Positions 35,168 through 49,076 of a stretch of 64,000 nucleotides of DNA are shown one piece after another. Under the pieces are notes generated by a model, which was not told the origin of the DNA, did no database searches, and saw only the letters and a list, made by a program, of their open reading frames with translations. The stretch is taken from contig AP026129.1 in assembly GCA_030295235.1 (NCBI GenBank), positions 434,001-498,000 of the forward strand, given 5' to 3'. The number at the start of each line of letters is the position of its first letter. Position 1 is the first letter of the stretch. Made by a program: the position numbers and the translations under genes. Source of the DNA: Fistulifera solaris. Taxonomy: Eukaryota.

Positions 35168-35749
35168 TTATAAAGGTCTTTGTGATTTATCAAAGGCTTC
35201 ACCGTCGACTAGGTCATCGACGTTGGTTTCCGTAGCTGATGGTCCCTCCACAGTGATATTCTGTTTAAGTATTTCTTCCGCTTGACCATACCATTCGCTT
35301 AATTCTAAGTCATTGTTGTGCCTTTGTAGAAACTGCTCTAAGTCTTGTATAGATTCATCAAGACGTCTCTTGGAATCGGGCACCATCATATAACTCTCGT
35401 CCAGAACTTGCTGGAAGCGCTTGACATCGTATGAATCTTTGCTCGCATCCGCTTTGATTTCACCAAGCTTTTCCTCGTTGTCTTTGACTTCTTTGAGATA
35501 GTACGCATGTTCTTTCATGAGACTTGACATCTGGAAGTGAGTGAAATATTGTCTAGCAAGCAAATCGCTCCTTCTTTTAAAATGCCAGTAAACTTATTTT
35601 CCTAGAAACATTTGCTCACAAAAAAGGCTCGCAGTTTCTGACTGACGATCTACTTTTAACCTGATGAAAGGAATCACTTACCGCTGGCATGTTTTCGTTT
35701 TGATCATTAGCTCTCGATGAGGGTCAGCAGCAGTTGCGTTTCGAGGCAT
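35168..35749 (-). CDS. TBCA: Tubulin-binding cofactor A
   Basis: RELMIKTKTCQR|LMKEHAYYLKE...YDVKRFQQVLDESYMMVPDSKRRL; intron ~35524-35681. Confidence 0.88.
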
Positions 35750-36247
35750 GTTTGCAAGATCAAGCGCGAGTACTAAGCACTCCTTTGAAAGAAATTTGTT
35801 GACAGAGAAGATTTAGATGACACCTCCTTGCTGCCTTTTATCCTTTCCGTCACTTGTTTACAGTTTCGCACTGCCAACAAAGTGTTGAGGTGCGCTCCAT
35901 CGTCGATCACCACCAAATTCCCCCCTGATCCAACATTTCGAATTATACTATAGTCCAAAGTGTCGACTTCTTCACGACTGGATTTTGGGCATGATTCGTG
36001 ACCTGTTACAAAATTTATGTATACCTGGTACCTGGTAGTCGGCTCGGGTGCTCATCGACAAAAAGAAAATCCGAAACAAAGAAAACACTCACACCTGCAC
36101 CACACTCGTCGCTTCGCCTCTGCACCGATTTCGGGCGGGATCTCCGTTGCGACTGTTATAATCTTCATTATTTCGATATTTGAGTGCTCGATTACAACTT
36201 CCAAACATTACTTTGAGACTCTTAGACCTTGAAAAGTTCACATCAAA

Positions 36248-39200
36248 ATGAGACGACGCAAGCCGTTCAAACAAGTCGATGGAAATCGTCGCGATCGACA
36301 GCAAGATTCCCCACCCAATGATGCGCAAGATGATTCAAAGAAAGATGCATACTCACCAACAGCAAGTATTGTTGCGAAAACTCGGCATTTAGTCAACGAT
36401 GAGGCATTCAACTTTCTGTCGTCGTCGTTGGAGCTCAAATTTGCGCGAAAGCACGAGGAACGCCAGAAAAAGGCGAGGGTCGAAATCGCGAAAGCAAGAG
36501 AGCGATCAATCAAAGGAAAAACCATTCAGCTTGATAAGAAGAACAACGCAAATATTTCTCACTTTGGAAGCCAGACAAAAACGCCTAAGATCAGTAATTG
36601 CACAGGGAACGATAGCAACAAAGCAGCGCCGAAAACGACCAAAGTTGAATATGTGGAAAGAATCAATGATGAAGAGCCACGGCGTGTGCATGTCGAAGGC
36701 AGCAACCAAAAATCAAAGTCAGTCCTGCCTTTGAAAACGCCGAAGCTCGCGACGATAGAAGAAGAAGATCCTATGCAGCTTTCAGATACGATCGGCGCTG
36801 ACGAGCAAGCCGCATTGCGCAACGGCCAGTTGGAGAACTCACCGGTCGTCGAAGAGGAACAAAACGCTTGCGGGCCCGACCTTAACGATAAAGAGAAGGA
36901 TCAACATCGTGAAGATTCAAACAGCAAAAATGTGATGGACTACGATCAGACAAATGACGATAATTTTTACATTCAAGGAGCTACGTTGATGACACCGGTC
37001 GCGGAAGTAAAAGCTTCTTCTGTGGAAAAAGTCGATACGGGCATACCTGATCTCTCGTCGCGGCTAGGAAAACATTTAGAAATAAGAGATGAGAGCCTGG
37101 ATGATATGGAGTTAGTCGCAACTGACGATGAATCGCTGAGGAGCTCTTCGGCCTCTTCGCGCGAAGAATCCAACGATAATGTTTCTCACGGTGTCGAACA
37201 TGCACCTACCCCACCACCTAGCGTTCTTAACATTCCCAAAGCTTTTTCGAAGAACGAGCCAAATCATTTCCCGAATGTCACTAAACGCTTCGAAAGTCCG
37301 GTATTATCAGTCGTTGCGTCGCCTGTACAAAGCTTCTACAAGTCTGGTCATTCATCACAAGGCGTGGCGAAATCCGCACTAAGCAAACGGTTCCAAAACT
37401 CTCCCATCACGCCCAACAGCACATCACTTTCTAAAAAACCTGTCGCTTTCCAGAAAATGGATCGCCAGCGATCGTTACGCCGTGGGAGAGTGGAGCGAAA
37501 AATTGGCGATGGCGAAACACAGCGAGTTTCCGAAAGAAATGTGATTGTTGGTGACGGTCCGCGTCTTGAGAAAGGCGTGTCGGAACAAAGAGAGGAAACT
37601 CACGGGCAGAAGTTGATAGTAGGCTCGCCCGATATGACCGTCGATAAAATATTGCGCGAGCTGATTTCGACTCCTCCGGATAACACAGAAGCTGTTCGAG
37701 CTATGCTAGCCAGCTGTAAGGAAGACTGGTCGCTGCCCGCTGATTCTCTTGGTCAAGGATACGTGATCGAATTTGACCGCACTAGGAAAGAAGGTTTGTG
37801 CGATGAAGCCAGTGAGGTTACGTGCGACATTGATCTTATCTACAAACGAAAGAAAAGGGAGGATATGCCGAAAGCAAGAAAGCGAACCAAGACGTTGATT
37901 GTCGATGATCGTATTGATGAACAGTGTGATCCTTCCGACTGTAGTGCGAAGCAAAAGTCTCCAGATTTAATTCAAAAGACGCACGAAACGATTTTACCAA
38001 AAGCTACATCGGAAATAAAGGACTCCACCGCTGAGCATCGTAATGTAAAGCAATTGCGAGACCGGACAACTCCTTCTGCAGCAATGTCTGTCGTTTTGAA
38101 AAGTAACGGAACTTTCCCAATAACACCGCCAACCAACCCCTACTTTGGGTTCCCGACCCCTTTATCATCTGCAGCAACAACCAAAAACTTCCCACCGAAA
38201 CGAAAGCCCAAATAACCTCTCCTTATCTTTGGACTGCTCAGAGAGCAGGACACCTCATTGTTGAGCCAATATTCCAGCTGATCGATGGCAATTTTTATCG
38301 ACATCCTCCCTTGCCTCCTGGGTGGACAATCTCTGTTTCGCAAACTCGCAGTCTACCTTTCTACCATCATCCGGATTTCGGATCTACATGGTATCCACCA
38401 GTGGCGCTGCCTATGGCGGATGGGAACGTTGTCGGTCGACGAATGCTCGTATCAACACACACTGCTGAGCCCATGGTTCCTTGGAGTGCCTTTGTGAGCC
38501 AATTCATGCAACGTAATACGCAGGTAGCATCATCTGAGGAGAAACATTTCTCAGTATCAGATGCCAACGCGCGCGAAGAATTGTCTTCGTGTGTACTTCG
38601 AAGCGTTCTTCATCGAGAGACACCGAAGTTGCCCACGATAAGTCGCAATGTGGCTTTCTCAGACCATAGTGCTTACAAAGGGAAGGCAAACACTCGCTCT
38701 CACGTACAAGATTGTCAAATTTGTGTTCCATCTTTGGGTGACCAAGATCAGGAAAGCTCACGTTCGGAATCGTCCGAGGGTGTCCCCTCAAAGCAGAATC
38801 ATGAGGGAGTCGTACTCGATCCGCATTTAGGCGACGGCATGGAACACATCGAAGTAGTGTCTAAATTTGCTAGTGACCATCCGGCAGGAAAGATAGGGCA
38901 ACTGCGATCTCAAAATCAAAGTCCAGAGATTTCGGCGTCATCGGTGTCTACCAGCCAAAGTCCTGCCTCAATGGCGACAGGTACCTCTGTAAATTTATCC
39001 GAAAGAAAAATCCAGGGAATCCTTGATACCCCTGCGCATTCAAAGGCTGACAGCCGTGTGCCGCGGAACAGTTTCGAAAGCAACCCCACTTCTCTGCAGT
39101 GGAGGCATGACCTCTATAACGATGACTTTAGGGGCGTCGGATATGAAAGTGAAGACCTGCTCCGCGTACAGGAAACTTGCGAGCCTGATAGAGATTATGA

Positions 39201-39939
39201 GGACAGAGGCGACATGAATTTAGGAAGGAAGCACATCTGTTTGTCGGAGGAGAAAAGTCCAGATCGTGCCAAGAATGGTTGCTCAGACATCGAATTGAGC
39301 TGCCCTCAAAAGTCCGACTCACGTGAGACTTGTCTTGCTCAGTCAAGCGATCTCGAATCGCCGAAGTCTCATCAGTCTCATGACAGCGACTTCCCAGCTC
39401 CCGACGACGACCACAATCACGTCTCGGACAGAGAATCTCCTGCAAGGTATTTGAAAGACACTTATTCCGGGAGCGGCGCTGTCGCTGATCTGCATAAAAC
39501 TCAAAACGGGTTGGATAGTAGTGCTGATGACGATGATGAAAACTGGGATTCCCCTGGGCTGCCTCCCACCAACGAACCTGACAGCCCATACGACGGGCTA
39601 GTTGGTCAATTCACGAATGCGCTCAAAGCGAATTCTATATTTGTTCCTCGCGTGAAACGATGTGAGTTAGATGAATCAAACTCGCACATTCGAAGAGGTG
39701 CAGACGATACTAGTGTCGATTCATGGCGATCACGTGCGTCGAGTCTCATGAGTAGCAGCAGCCATCGCGTCCGCTTTCCACCTATGCCTCTTTGCAGTCT
39801 CCAGTCACTCGAAGCCTGCCCTATCATCAAAATCAGTGTGACTCGGGATGATCGTTCTCGAACGACTAAACCTTCAAACAAAGTGAAGAAGAAAATTTCG
39901 AAGAAGCCAAAGAGAATGCGTTCATCGAAAGCATTTTGA
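36248..39939 (+). CDS. Large disordered protein with a central WW domain
   Basis: LPPGWTISVSQTRSLPFYHHPDFGSTWYPP at 38311; the two long ORFs join via an A-run indel at ~38185. Confidence 0.7.
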
Positions 39940-40022
39940 TCAGAACACTGCACCTTGTTTATGATAAAATTACATAAACTAAGTAGTGATCATCATATCA
40001 TCAGCAAGTAGAGCCACTTGCT

Positions 40023-40577
40023 TCATCCAAGAATTGATTTAATTTGTTCCGGGGTCAGGTCCAGGCGTAGTGGTACAGCTACTAACGGGCTGGTACCAGG
40101 TCGTGGTTTCTTTGGCGTCTCTGATATTTGATACAACACGTAGTCGAGCTGGTCGTAGTCTTTCAATATTTCAACAACAGCTTGTAGATGACACAGGTAA
40201 TCGTACTCGGACGCGTGACGAAAGGGTCGCTTTCCGAGACGGAAGGGGAGGATATTCAGATAGAGTTTCTTAAACCCCATTGATTCTACTCGATTAAAAT
40301 CGACGTCAAAACAAGCGCCCCACTTTTGGTAAATGATATCCCTCAGTGCGTAGCCATCGAAGTCAGCTTGTTCTTGGATCGTGCCTTTAATCTTTTGAAA
40401 GGCCTCGACCGAAAAGTCCTCGTCGGCGTCAGCATCATCTTTCGTGCTTTGACAAGAAATGCGATTGTAAAGTTGGTATCTCGCTCGAAATGCCACGACA
40501 TATTTTGATGAATAAGCATAATATTCACGAGGAAATAGGCTGAAAAACGCAATGAACACAAGAGGAACGATAATCAT
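40023..40577 (-). CDS. DUF3067-like protein, probably plastid-targeted
   Basis: LRDIIYQKWGACFDVDF...YLCHLQAV...KPRPG..AVPLRLDL; N-terminal signal peptide. Confidence 0.7.
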   Translation of the reverse strand: MIIVPLVFIAFFSLFPREYYAYSSKYVVAFRARYQLYNRISCQSTKDDADADEDFSVEAFQKIKGTIQEQADFDGYALRDIIYQKWGACFDVDFNRVESMGFKKLYLNILPFRLGKRPFRHASEYDYLCHLQAVVEILKDYDQLDYVLYQISETPKKPRPGTSPLVAVPLRLDLTPEQIKSILG

Positions 40578-40729
40578 GGTCGACAGGGAGAAAGTGCTGC
40601 TTTCAACTTGGCGATAAAGTTTTGCATTTTTGTTAGCTTCAAATTGAGGTCATCGTACGCACGACGTACAACAAAGCTAGTACTCCGTAGGAACTACAGA
40701 ATGTCCATCTCTACTTTTAAGTCAAAATT

Positions 40730-43249
40730 TCAATATAGATCCACCCAATCACGAGAATATTCATCGTGATCGGAGATGGGACTATCCTCTGAGTTCTGCT
40801 CGAAGCTATTGCGCCGCATCACCAGATTTAAAATACTGGGCGGAGGATCGCCATCTTCGGTGCGCTCAACTAACATTGGTTTTTCGTCTTTCGACGACAA
40901 ATTGAAGCCTTTTCCTAGAACGGGGTACCTCTTTTCCTTCAAGTAAGGCTATGCATTCGTCGAACGCATCTGCGATGCTGTAATGTAGTTTGATCATAGC
41001 AACGTGTTCGTATGCCGCCACTGCGCCCGCTTGGTAATAACGGTACAGATCATCGAGTGATGGGTCTTCAAACAACTATATTTCGCAATGTGAATGAGAG
41101 GACCATGTCAACCGACCACTCGAAATCAAATTCGAGTGCTTACCTTGAAATAGTCTTGGAAAGACACCTGTGGAACGATAGTAGTAGAACCAACAAACTC
41201 CTGTGTCAGCAAAGTAGACGTGAACCCCACCGCGGCTTCTACATCGTCTAAAAATCTAAGTTTTGCCTTCATATCTGTCTTCAAATACATCTCCAAAGCA
41301 GCAAGTAAGAAACCACCGCGCCAACTAGATTCTTGCGTTCCACTTGACCAACGGCTAGGGCGTCCAACTGTACCCTTTGGCCCGAAAAAGAAGGGGACGA
41401 TATGCGGCTGTATATAGCAGGGTCAAAAGTTAGACGCAGTTTAAACCAATAACAGATCGGTATCTTCACTTACGTTACACTGACACACAACAAAAAACTG
41501 GCAGTTTAACATTTCTGCGAGGCCGTTCACTGGAATGTCTTGCCTGATTGAACCGTCAAAATATGTCTCATCTGTATCGCTAATTTTAGTGGAAATTTTG
41601 CCTTTGATTTTGTGTTGCAGACGTACAGGAGGAATAAAACCGGGTACAGCAGCGCTCGCAACAACGGCAGAGGCTATAGTCACGTTGGGAGCTGTCAAAT
41701 GGTTAAGAAGAACAGGTGGAGCCTTCTTCGTAGTCGACGACAACGTGATGCAAAAAACGCGACCAGTCTTCTGATACGCTTCTTCGAATGTCAAATCGCC
41801 ACAGGTGAACCATCCAATAAGTTTCATCCATTCGTCAAAATCGAACATGTTTCCATTGTTCCAAATGCCCTTCAGTCGTTCTCGCCAAGGTCTGGCAAAA
41901 CAGACCAGCTTTTCTACCACTACGTCGGGTCGTAAAGCATGTCGAAGTTCCGCGTCTGTGCGTGTGCACACGATCGCGCCGATCACACTTCCGGCAGAGG
42001 TGCCGGAGATGATATGGGGCAACATACCTGTTTCCAACAAACCTACAACATGGCCAAAATGGTAGCATCCCATCATGGCTCCACCCGATAAACACAAAGC
42101 AGTGCGCCCATAGGCAGCACGAGCTCTCTTGAAAAACTTCAAAAGATCCTCTTTCGCCAACGAAGTATGCTCTGAAATCTGAGGTGTAGGTTGGTGATTG
42201 CTGCCATCAAGCCAATGCAACGTAATATGAACCAGATTTTTCATCAATTTGTTCTTTTCTTCTCTGACTTGTTCCCTCAACTCATCCGAAGAAGCCACAT
42301 TGTCTTGCTGAAGCATGGTTTGCTCCGTCACCCACCGTATGGTCGTTTCCACCAAATTCACAAATTCTGTAACGATATATTTCGGCTCTCCGGTGTTACT
42401 ATACGAAAAGAGATCCTCACTCATGACTCCACCGACATTCTTTCGCGTACATTGCTGTAACACAGCCAGAGCTTGTACCGCATCACCGCTCTCCATAGCC
42501 GCTTTCATGTCTTGCATTAGCTCAAGAACGAACCCCCAATTGTACCTACGATTATAATCTTGCTGCTTGAGCCACAAATGACGTTTTTGTGACTGATCTA
42601 GAGCCTGTGCCGCTTGATACCACTCCGTATAGCTAGCTGCGTTTTGCATCTTCCGTCTCCACGCTCGATGCTTCGGCCTCGCCACCAACGCTTCCGCCAA
42701 ACGAATCGCTAACCGGATCACCACATAAACGCACAGCTCCGTCCAAATTAACAAATAAACAAGACCCAGAACCGGCCAACGAAGAATCCGAGCCGATAAA
42801 CCATGCGAACGACCCGGAATAATCGAAAGCAACGTCAACAGCACCAAGATACCGCCGCAGGACCGGAAAATAAACACTCCGACTTTAAAATCCATCAGCG
42901 GCCACGATTGTGAGAACCACGCCCACCACGATTGTTCATGACGACGAAGAATTGCCGTCAGATTCAATAAATCGCTGTCGCTCATCCGCGTCTCCAAGTT
43001 CGAAAGCCACGTTTCGAGTGGTGTCACGACATCGTGGGATGAAAATTGCGGCAGCAATTGCTGACCAAGACGTGAAAGTAATTCCCATGTATCTTGTCTC
43101 CATCGAATCAGTAAGTGAGGTAAGGTCGATACGAGTGCGGGTAAGATGTGTTCTTTGTAGTAATGGTAAACGGACTCCGGAGTAATCATCGGATGTGACG
43201 GCTTTTCATCTTTTCGAGACGACGACGACGATGATGATGATGACTTCAT
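40730..43249 (-). CDS. Patatin-like triacylglycerol lipase (SDP1/TGL4 type)
   Basis: GRTALCLSGGA, GTSAG nucleophile elbow, LLNHLTAPNV, FDGS; spliced 3' exons (HIVPFF, YYQAG) between 40730 and ~41417. Confidence 0.92.
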
Positions 43250-44269
43250 CGATAAGCGAGTACCGGGCTTTATCCGACTATAGCTGATCTTGATACAGAT
43301 ATCACGGGATATTTTTGTGCTACCTAGCGAGCAGAATGTAAAAGCTTATGGTGTTGAAGTTCGATAGGTGAAAAAGCAAAGAGGAAAAAGAGATTTTTTT
43401 GTCAAAATGGCAGGCGGAACACGAAACGAAAGCGAGGTAAACCTCACGGTACTCGTTCTTCGTAGTTCGGAGAAACGTTGATGTCGCAGGTGTCAAAACT
43501 CTATGTTGTAAAGTGGATCCTGCTGACTCGGTCACGCACATCGAACTCTATACTGACGCATCCAAACGGAAGATCCGGCAGTCATCGTCTTGCCACCCAT
43601 ACGTTAAGCTGCTTGATGCAAAATGCCAAGGTGGACGAAAGAGTTGCGAAGGTCTTAACTCCGCAGTATGACTTATGTTACCAGGTATTCGTCAATTACG
43701 CGTAGACTTTCAAAGCGTTGCATTTTTGCTGTATACAACAGTTTGAGTTCATTTTGATGCCCATTATCGTTTCAGAGTAAGAGCTATGTATGATAATGAA
43801 CGCTAGCATTTAGGACAAACCACCCAACAAAGAGTGGGATCGAAAGTACACAATCTCCGGGTGGCCCCTACAGGTACGGGGTCTAGGTATTTTATATGTA
43901 GACTTTCAAAGTAATACATCTTTGCTCTTTTGACGTTTTAACAGCAATAAGACTATTGTTTGATCTCCTTTTCATTTTTTCGATCGTTGGCATGAGTAGA
44001 ATTCCAATAAACAGTGTCTATTTGCCTAGCGTGGATGATTTTTTCTACGAACCGTCATCACGAGGCCAGTCCTGATTGCATTTCAGTCACGGTTGTAACG
44101 TCGATCTAGTCCGAAACTCCGAAACGAGAAGGATCGCGAGATGAAGCGAACGTCGAACGGCTGCCATTCGACAGGTTTTTCAGTGACACCTTCGTGCATT
44201 TAGTTGATGGATCGGAGCTCGTTCTCCTTGTAATCTATTACTCCTTCTCTTTTGTTTAGAACACATCCA

Positions 44270-45720
44270 ATGTTTCGCAAGAAAGTTTTGCTCTATTTAA
44301 TTCTCTCGTCCTTAGCAACCAGCCAAGCCCTCGTCGTTCCTCGTCCATTCGGTGCCGAGGTACGAGGAGGCGGCGGAGGTGCTAACAAAAGCCAAGTAGC
44401 CCGTCCCAACTCGGCCGCCGCCAGTGAGGCGGGCGAAGGCACGGCTACTATTCCCAATGAAGTTTTTAATCTCGTCAAGAGCATTGTAGGAGCTGGTGTC
44501 TTGAGTCTTCCGTATGGTGTGGCTGCGTTCGGAAACGCCCCATCGGCTCTCACTCCAGGCATCGGCCTGATTGCTTTTACTGGACTCATTTCGGCATATA
44601 CTTTTGGCTTGATCGGACGCATCTGTCAAAAGACAAAAACCAGTAGCTATGCAGATGCATGGGACGTTGCTGTGGGGAAATCCACTTCGGCTTTGATCGC
44701 TTTCTCTTGCTTCTTTGATTGTTTCATGGGCAATCTGAGTTACAGCATGATTCTGGCCGACACGGTCGCTAACCTTGCAGCATCCGCCGGATATGCCTTG
44801 ACCCGCACGCAAGCCCTGTTGGGTGTGACTTCGATTGTGCTATTCCCTCTCTGCATGCTAAAGAACCTGAGTAGCTTGGCTCCCTTTTCGCTGGTTCGTA
44901 TTATGTGAGGTGATGCTATGATGGCTCTCAAGCAACAGATGTGCCTCACAGATCCTTTTCTTGTACACATTAGGTCGGTATTGTAGGCATGTTGTACACT
45001 ACTGCAGCCATGGGACTACGATTCTTCGGTGGCGCCTACAAGGAGGGAGGTGCTTATTTTGCGAGTCAACTGGCAAAACCTGTCTTTGGTTCGGCAGGGG
45101 CGGCCGCGGCCCTTTCCCCACGTAGTCTCATTTTAGCCTGCATGTTGTCGAACGCATACATTGCGCATTTCAATGCTCCCAAGTTTTTGACGGAGCTCAA
45201 GAATAATACCATGTCCCGGTTCCATCAAGTCATTGGTTGGTCTTTCGGTATCAGTATCGCTCTTTACGCTGCTGTTACAAGTTTCGGCTTTCTGACATTC
45301 GGAGCTGCATCCAACGGTCTCATTCTCAACAATTACAGCAACGCAGACGCTTTGGCCTCTCTAGCGCGCATTGCTGTCGCCATCAGTGTTACATGCAGTT
45401 ATCCGCTCATCTTTGTCGGCTGCCGCGATGGTATCCTGGACTTGTTCAAGGTCAAGAAACGAAGCAATAACCTCATTGATAAAATCACAGTGGCTACGCT
45501 GGCTATTGTGACCTTGCTAGCGTCGCAATTGCGCGATTTGGGATTGGTCGCTTCTCTCGGCGGTGCTACCTTCGGAACTGCTTTGGTTTTCGTCTACCCA
45601 ACGATCATGTTCTTGAAAACGCAAGAAAAGAAAACAGCAGAAACCATTCCAGCTGCGCTTATTGGTGTGTTGGGACTTGTCATGGGCGCGATCGGAACTG
45701 TGCTATCATTTCAGGGATGA
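44270..45720 (+). CDS. Amino acid transporter (Aa_trans/AAAP family) with N-terminal presequence
   Basis: VFNLVKSIVGAGVLSLP, AYIAHFNAP, many TM helices; intron ~44894-44973. Confidence 0.9.
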
Positions 45721-45845
45721 GGCGTTGCGATATGGCTCTCTATCTTATAATTAATTTAAATACAACGTGTCAAATATTCTTATACTTGGACTCTTGTTGG
45801 AGCAGTCTTCAAAATCGACGTTCAAAATGCATAAAAATGTGGCTG

Positions 45846-46502
45846 TTAGTTGAAACGAAGTCGCTTCAAAGCTTGAAATTCGTCACCAGGAATGGATTCA
45901 GGATGTTGAGACAATATTGAACAATGGTTCAACAAAGCTTTCGTGACTAAGCTCAGTAATACATTTTGTTGCTGCATACCGGCCGTGTGGTGATCCAGTG
46001 CCGCTGAAATTCGCTGTAACGTTTCCGACATATGTCTTTGGTCCGGTCGATTTGTCTCAATGTCTTCAACAAATCGCGGTTCGGGCTGCTGGATCTCCTT
46101 GCTCTGTCCCTGTAATACTGCTACCAACATATTCCTGGTGATTTTTGGGCTGGCTAGATCGATAGGGCTCTTTCCAGCATTATTCAGCATGAAGGGGTCG
46201 CCTCCTTTTGAAATTAGGTAACAAGCAATATCCACGAGACCATGTTGAAGAATGTAGTGAAGGGGAGTCCACCCAATCTTATTTCGCACGTTGATTTGAG
46301 CTCCAGCTTCGACTAACATCCGAGTGATCCGTTCATCTCTTGACTCGTGCAATGGAGCAAAACCGTGTTCATTGATTTCATTTACATTGATTCCTGAATC
46401 GATAAGCACCTGAACAATGTCACGTTGGGTGTTCTTTACGGCGAAGAGCAGCCGTTCGGTACTCTCGCTTCGCCTCGCGGCCATTAGAAGATGGTCAGTC
46501 AT
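45846..46502 (-). CDS. Ankyrin repeat protein
   Basis: GFAPLH, GWTPLH and GKSPIDLA repeats. Confidence 0.85.
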   Translation of the reverse strand: MTDHLLMAARRSESTERLLFAVKNTQRDIVQVLIDSGINVNEINEHGFAPLHESRDERITRMLVEAGAQINVRNKIGWTPLHYILQHGLVDIACYLISKGGDPFMLNNAGKSPIDLASPKITRNMLVAVLQGQSKEIQQPEPRFVEDIETNRPDQRHMSETLQRISAALDHHTAGMQQQNVLLSLVTKALLNHCSILSQHPESIPGDEFQALKRLRFN

Positions 46503-47342
46503 TCAGAAGATTATGAGAGCGGTCGTTGTGCTTGTGTCCTTGTTGACAAGAGCAACAAAGGTCAGTGGTTGCAAGTTTTTAACACAACAAGTTGACCTTT
46601 ACCAGGTACATGATGTCAAAAATTGTGGGACGAAACAGAAGTACCTGGTACTGGTATAAAAGCGGACAAAAGAAGTGGTGGATCGACGTGTTATTTTTGG
46701 AAGTGACGTGGCCCCAGCAATGTTTCGCACGGCTGCTTTCTACGTTGAACTCAGAAGCCAAAGAGGGTTTTCAAGTAAGGTACCGGTACCGGCACGTCAT
46801 TATGACGTCTTTCTTCTTCGGCATGATTGGGAAGCAAGTCTAGAGAGTCGTCTTCTCTGTACTCTATTTCTTTTTATAGATAGTCAGTAGCTCAAAGAAG
46901 TCCATTGGGTGTTTTACTATTGTTGATGATGTACAAGAGGCCCTAGTTGCCGAGTTTCACACGACTGACTCGCGACTATAAGTGTGTTATGTTTTTTGAT
47001 TCGAGATTCGAGACACAAGTCGTCCATCTAACGTCTGATGTCATGTGACCGACACTCGAGCCTACTACTCCGTATGCCTTACCAGCTTTGACGGAAAGAT
47101 TAGACCATTGATGGCACACAAGAAGTCATGGTATATTGATGATCAATAGTACTTTGCAAATAGATTGATTGATTGTAGATTGTAGGTCGAAACATCAATA
47201 GTTGATGTCAGAGTGCGAGGCAAGGTAAGGTTCAAGCTGAACACTGCTGGATTCGGGTGAAGGGCGTTGAGTTATCCACTCTTCGTAGAAATGGCTGGAG
47301 CGCTTTTCTGCAAGCTAATTGATGAGATTAAAGATCTCTCTG

Positions 47343-48110
47343 TTACACCAATTTTCGAAGTTCTTCTCGTTCGTTAAAAGTGAGTTTTTGCAAGCAAACA
47401 TGCGTATGTAGATCATCCGCACAAGCATTGCGAGTTGTATAGAGCTCAGCAATACGCCACTTTCCTTGAATGGTTCCCTTCCAGAGAAACTCGAGGGCAC
47501 TGCTGTTCAGTATTTGCGTGCGCAAGGAAAAGGCGCAGTAACCGTTATCTTCCAGTAAATCCACAAACCAGTCGATCGCGTCCACGGGAATATGACCATG
47601 GTTGATAGATCCCACACACGTGATTCCGGCAAATCGAACACCGGTGCCGAGCGTTTGCTGCAAGGGACCATCTGGTTTGAGCAAATCCTCGGCGGCGCCT
47701 TCAATCAAGCTGTCGTATGCTTTCTTTTCCTCGGCAATTTTCAACATATCCGGACTGAGATCATACGCAAGTATTTTTCGTTTTGGAAGAAGTTCTCGCA
47801 ACGTCACACCCACCAGCCCCGTTCCAGCGCCAACATCCAGAATTGGCCCATTACTTGACGGTGTCGCCAATCCACCAAGCTCTGCATTGCCGCTTTCCAC
47901 ATAACGACACAGCAATCGAGCCACCATTTGTGGAGCTTTCCATTTGTTCTTTTCGACTTCACTGTATTCGTACAGAGGGGCCCATTGTTGATACGCACGC
48001 TTGCAATCATCGTGCGTTTTTGCCTCGTACACGGCTTGGTACATTTTCGACAATTGTTCGTCCATTTCGTGCTGGCCGAGGCCTGCGTGTAGTGCATTCG
48101 TCTTGGTCAT
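47343..48110 (-). CDS. Class I SAM-dependent methyltransferase (WBSCR27/METTL27-like)
   Basis: YQQWAPLYE, ILDVGAGTGLVG, YDLSPDML...KKAYDSL. Confidence 0.85.
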   Translation of the reverse strand: MTKTNALHAGLGQHEMDEQLSKMYQAVYEAKTHDDCKRAYQQWAPLYEYSEVEKNKWKAPQMVARLLCRYVESGNAELGGLATPSSNGPILDVGAGTGLVGVTLRELLPKRKILAYDLSPDMLKIAEEKKAYDSLIEGAAEDLLKPDGPLQQTLGTGVRFAGITCVGSINHGHIPVDAIDWFVDLLEDNGYCAFSLRTQILNSSALEFLWKGTIQGKWRIAELYTTRNACADDLHTHVCLQKLTFNEREELRKLV

Positions 48111-48494
48111 GCGTAGTTTAGTTTAAAAAGCTTTCAATCAGTCTATACCAGGTAATGGATTTATTGATTACATAGAAAGATCAAGGATTGTGTAAGTTGT
48201 ATTACCAGGTATAGTGCGTCAATAACGACGACTCGTGAAAAGTCCAGTCATGAAAAATTATTGAGAAATGCGTCCCTTCAGTACAAAGTATAAGTAATGT
48301 TTGTGGTCACGTTACCAGGTACACTGGATGATCAAATAATGGCAGCCGAAAAATTTGATCACGCTGCGACGTACCATGCCCTAGTACGATCTTCATCGAG
48401 TTTTACTTGGAGCATCTATGCTGTTGTTGTAAAATGATTCATAATAGTCAGATTAACCGCATAATCAATACAACTTTTCAAATAAACTAGTGCT

Positions 48495-48860
48495 ATGCTC
48501 GCTCGAATATCTCGGCTGGTGTTTATGGTTCGCGGGTCGGAAGGAATTACATCCGCCGTTGACTTTTATCACAAGGCCGTAGGATTGAATGTTCTCCGTA
48601 TGACAGATGAATGGGCTGAACTTTCCGCAGGAAATGGTGTCATTTTGAGTCTCAAAGCGGTATCCGATGAATCTCAATTGAGTTTTGGCTACTCGCCGTG
48701 GATTACATTCGAAGTCGACAATTTACCTCAGCGTATTGCGGCTTGTGCTCAAGCTGGTGCGCATTTGGATGGCCCGATTCAGTACCCAGCACATGGATCG
48801 GTGGCCGTCATGCGCACTCCCGACAATCATATGATAGGACTTTATCAACCATTGAAATAG
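48495..48860 (+). CDS. Glyoxalase/VOC-family protein
   Basis: AVDFYHKAVGL...ITFEVDNL...MRTPDNHMIGLYQ. Confidence 0.85.
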   Translation: MLARISRLVFMVRGSEGITSAVDFYHKAVGLNVLRMTDEWAELSAGNGVILSLKAVSDESQLSFGYSPWITFEVDNLPQRIAACAQAGAHLDGPIQYPAHGSVAVMRTPDNHMIGLYQPLK

Positions 48861-49076
48861 ATCAGATAAGAAATGTGAGACTCCAGTTCTTTGGATTTAC
48901 TATCATTTACGCGAAAGATTGAAGACCGAAAAGCGAGGTCCGGGTTGCTTTTTCTCCCACGATAAATTGCATCGCTTGCAGCTAGACTGCTGCACATTGA
49001 AAAAACAATGGAATGGAAGTTTGTTATTTTAAATTCAATGAGACAACACGATCCATTTTTGAAGGTTAACAATTAT

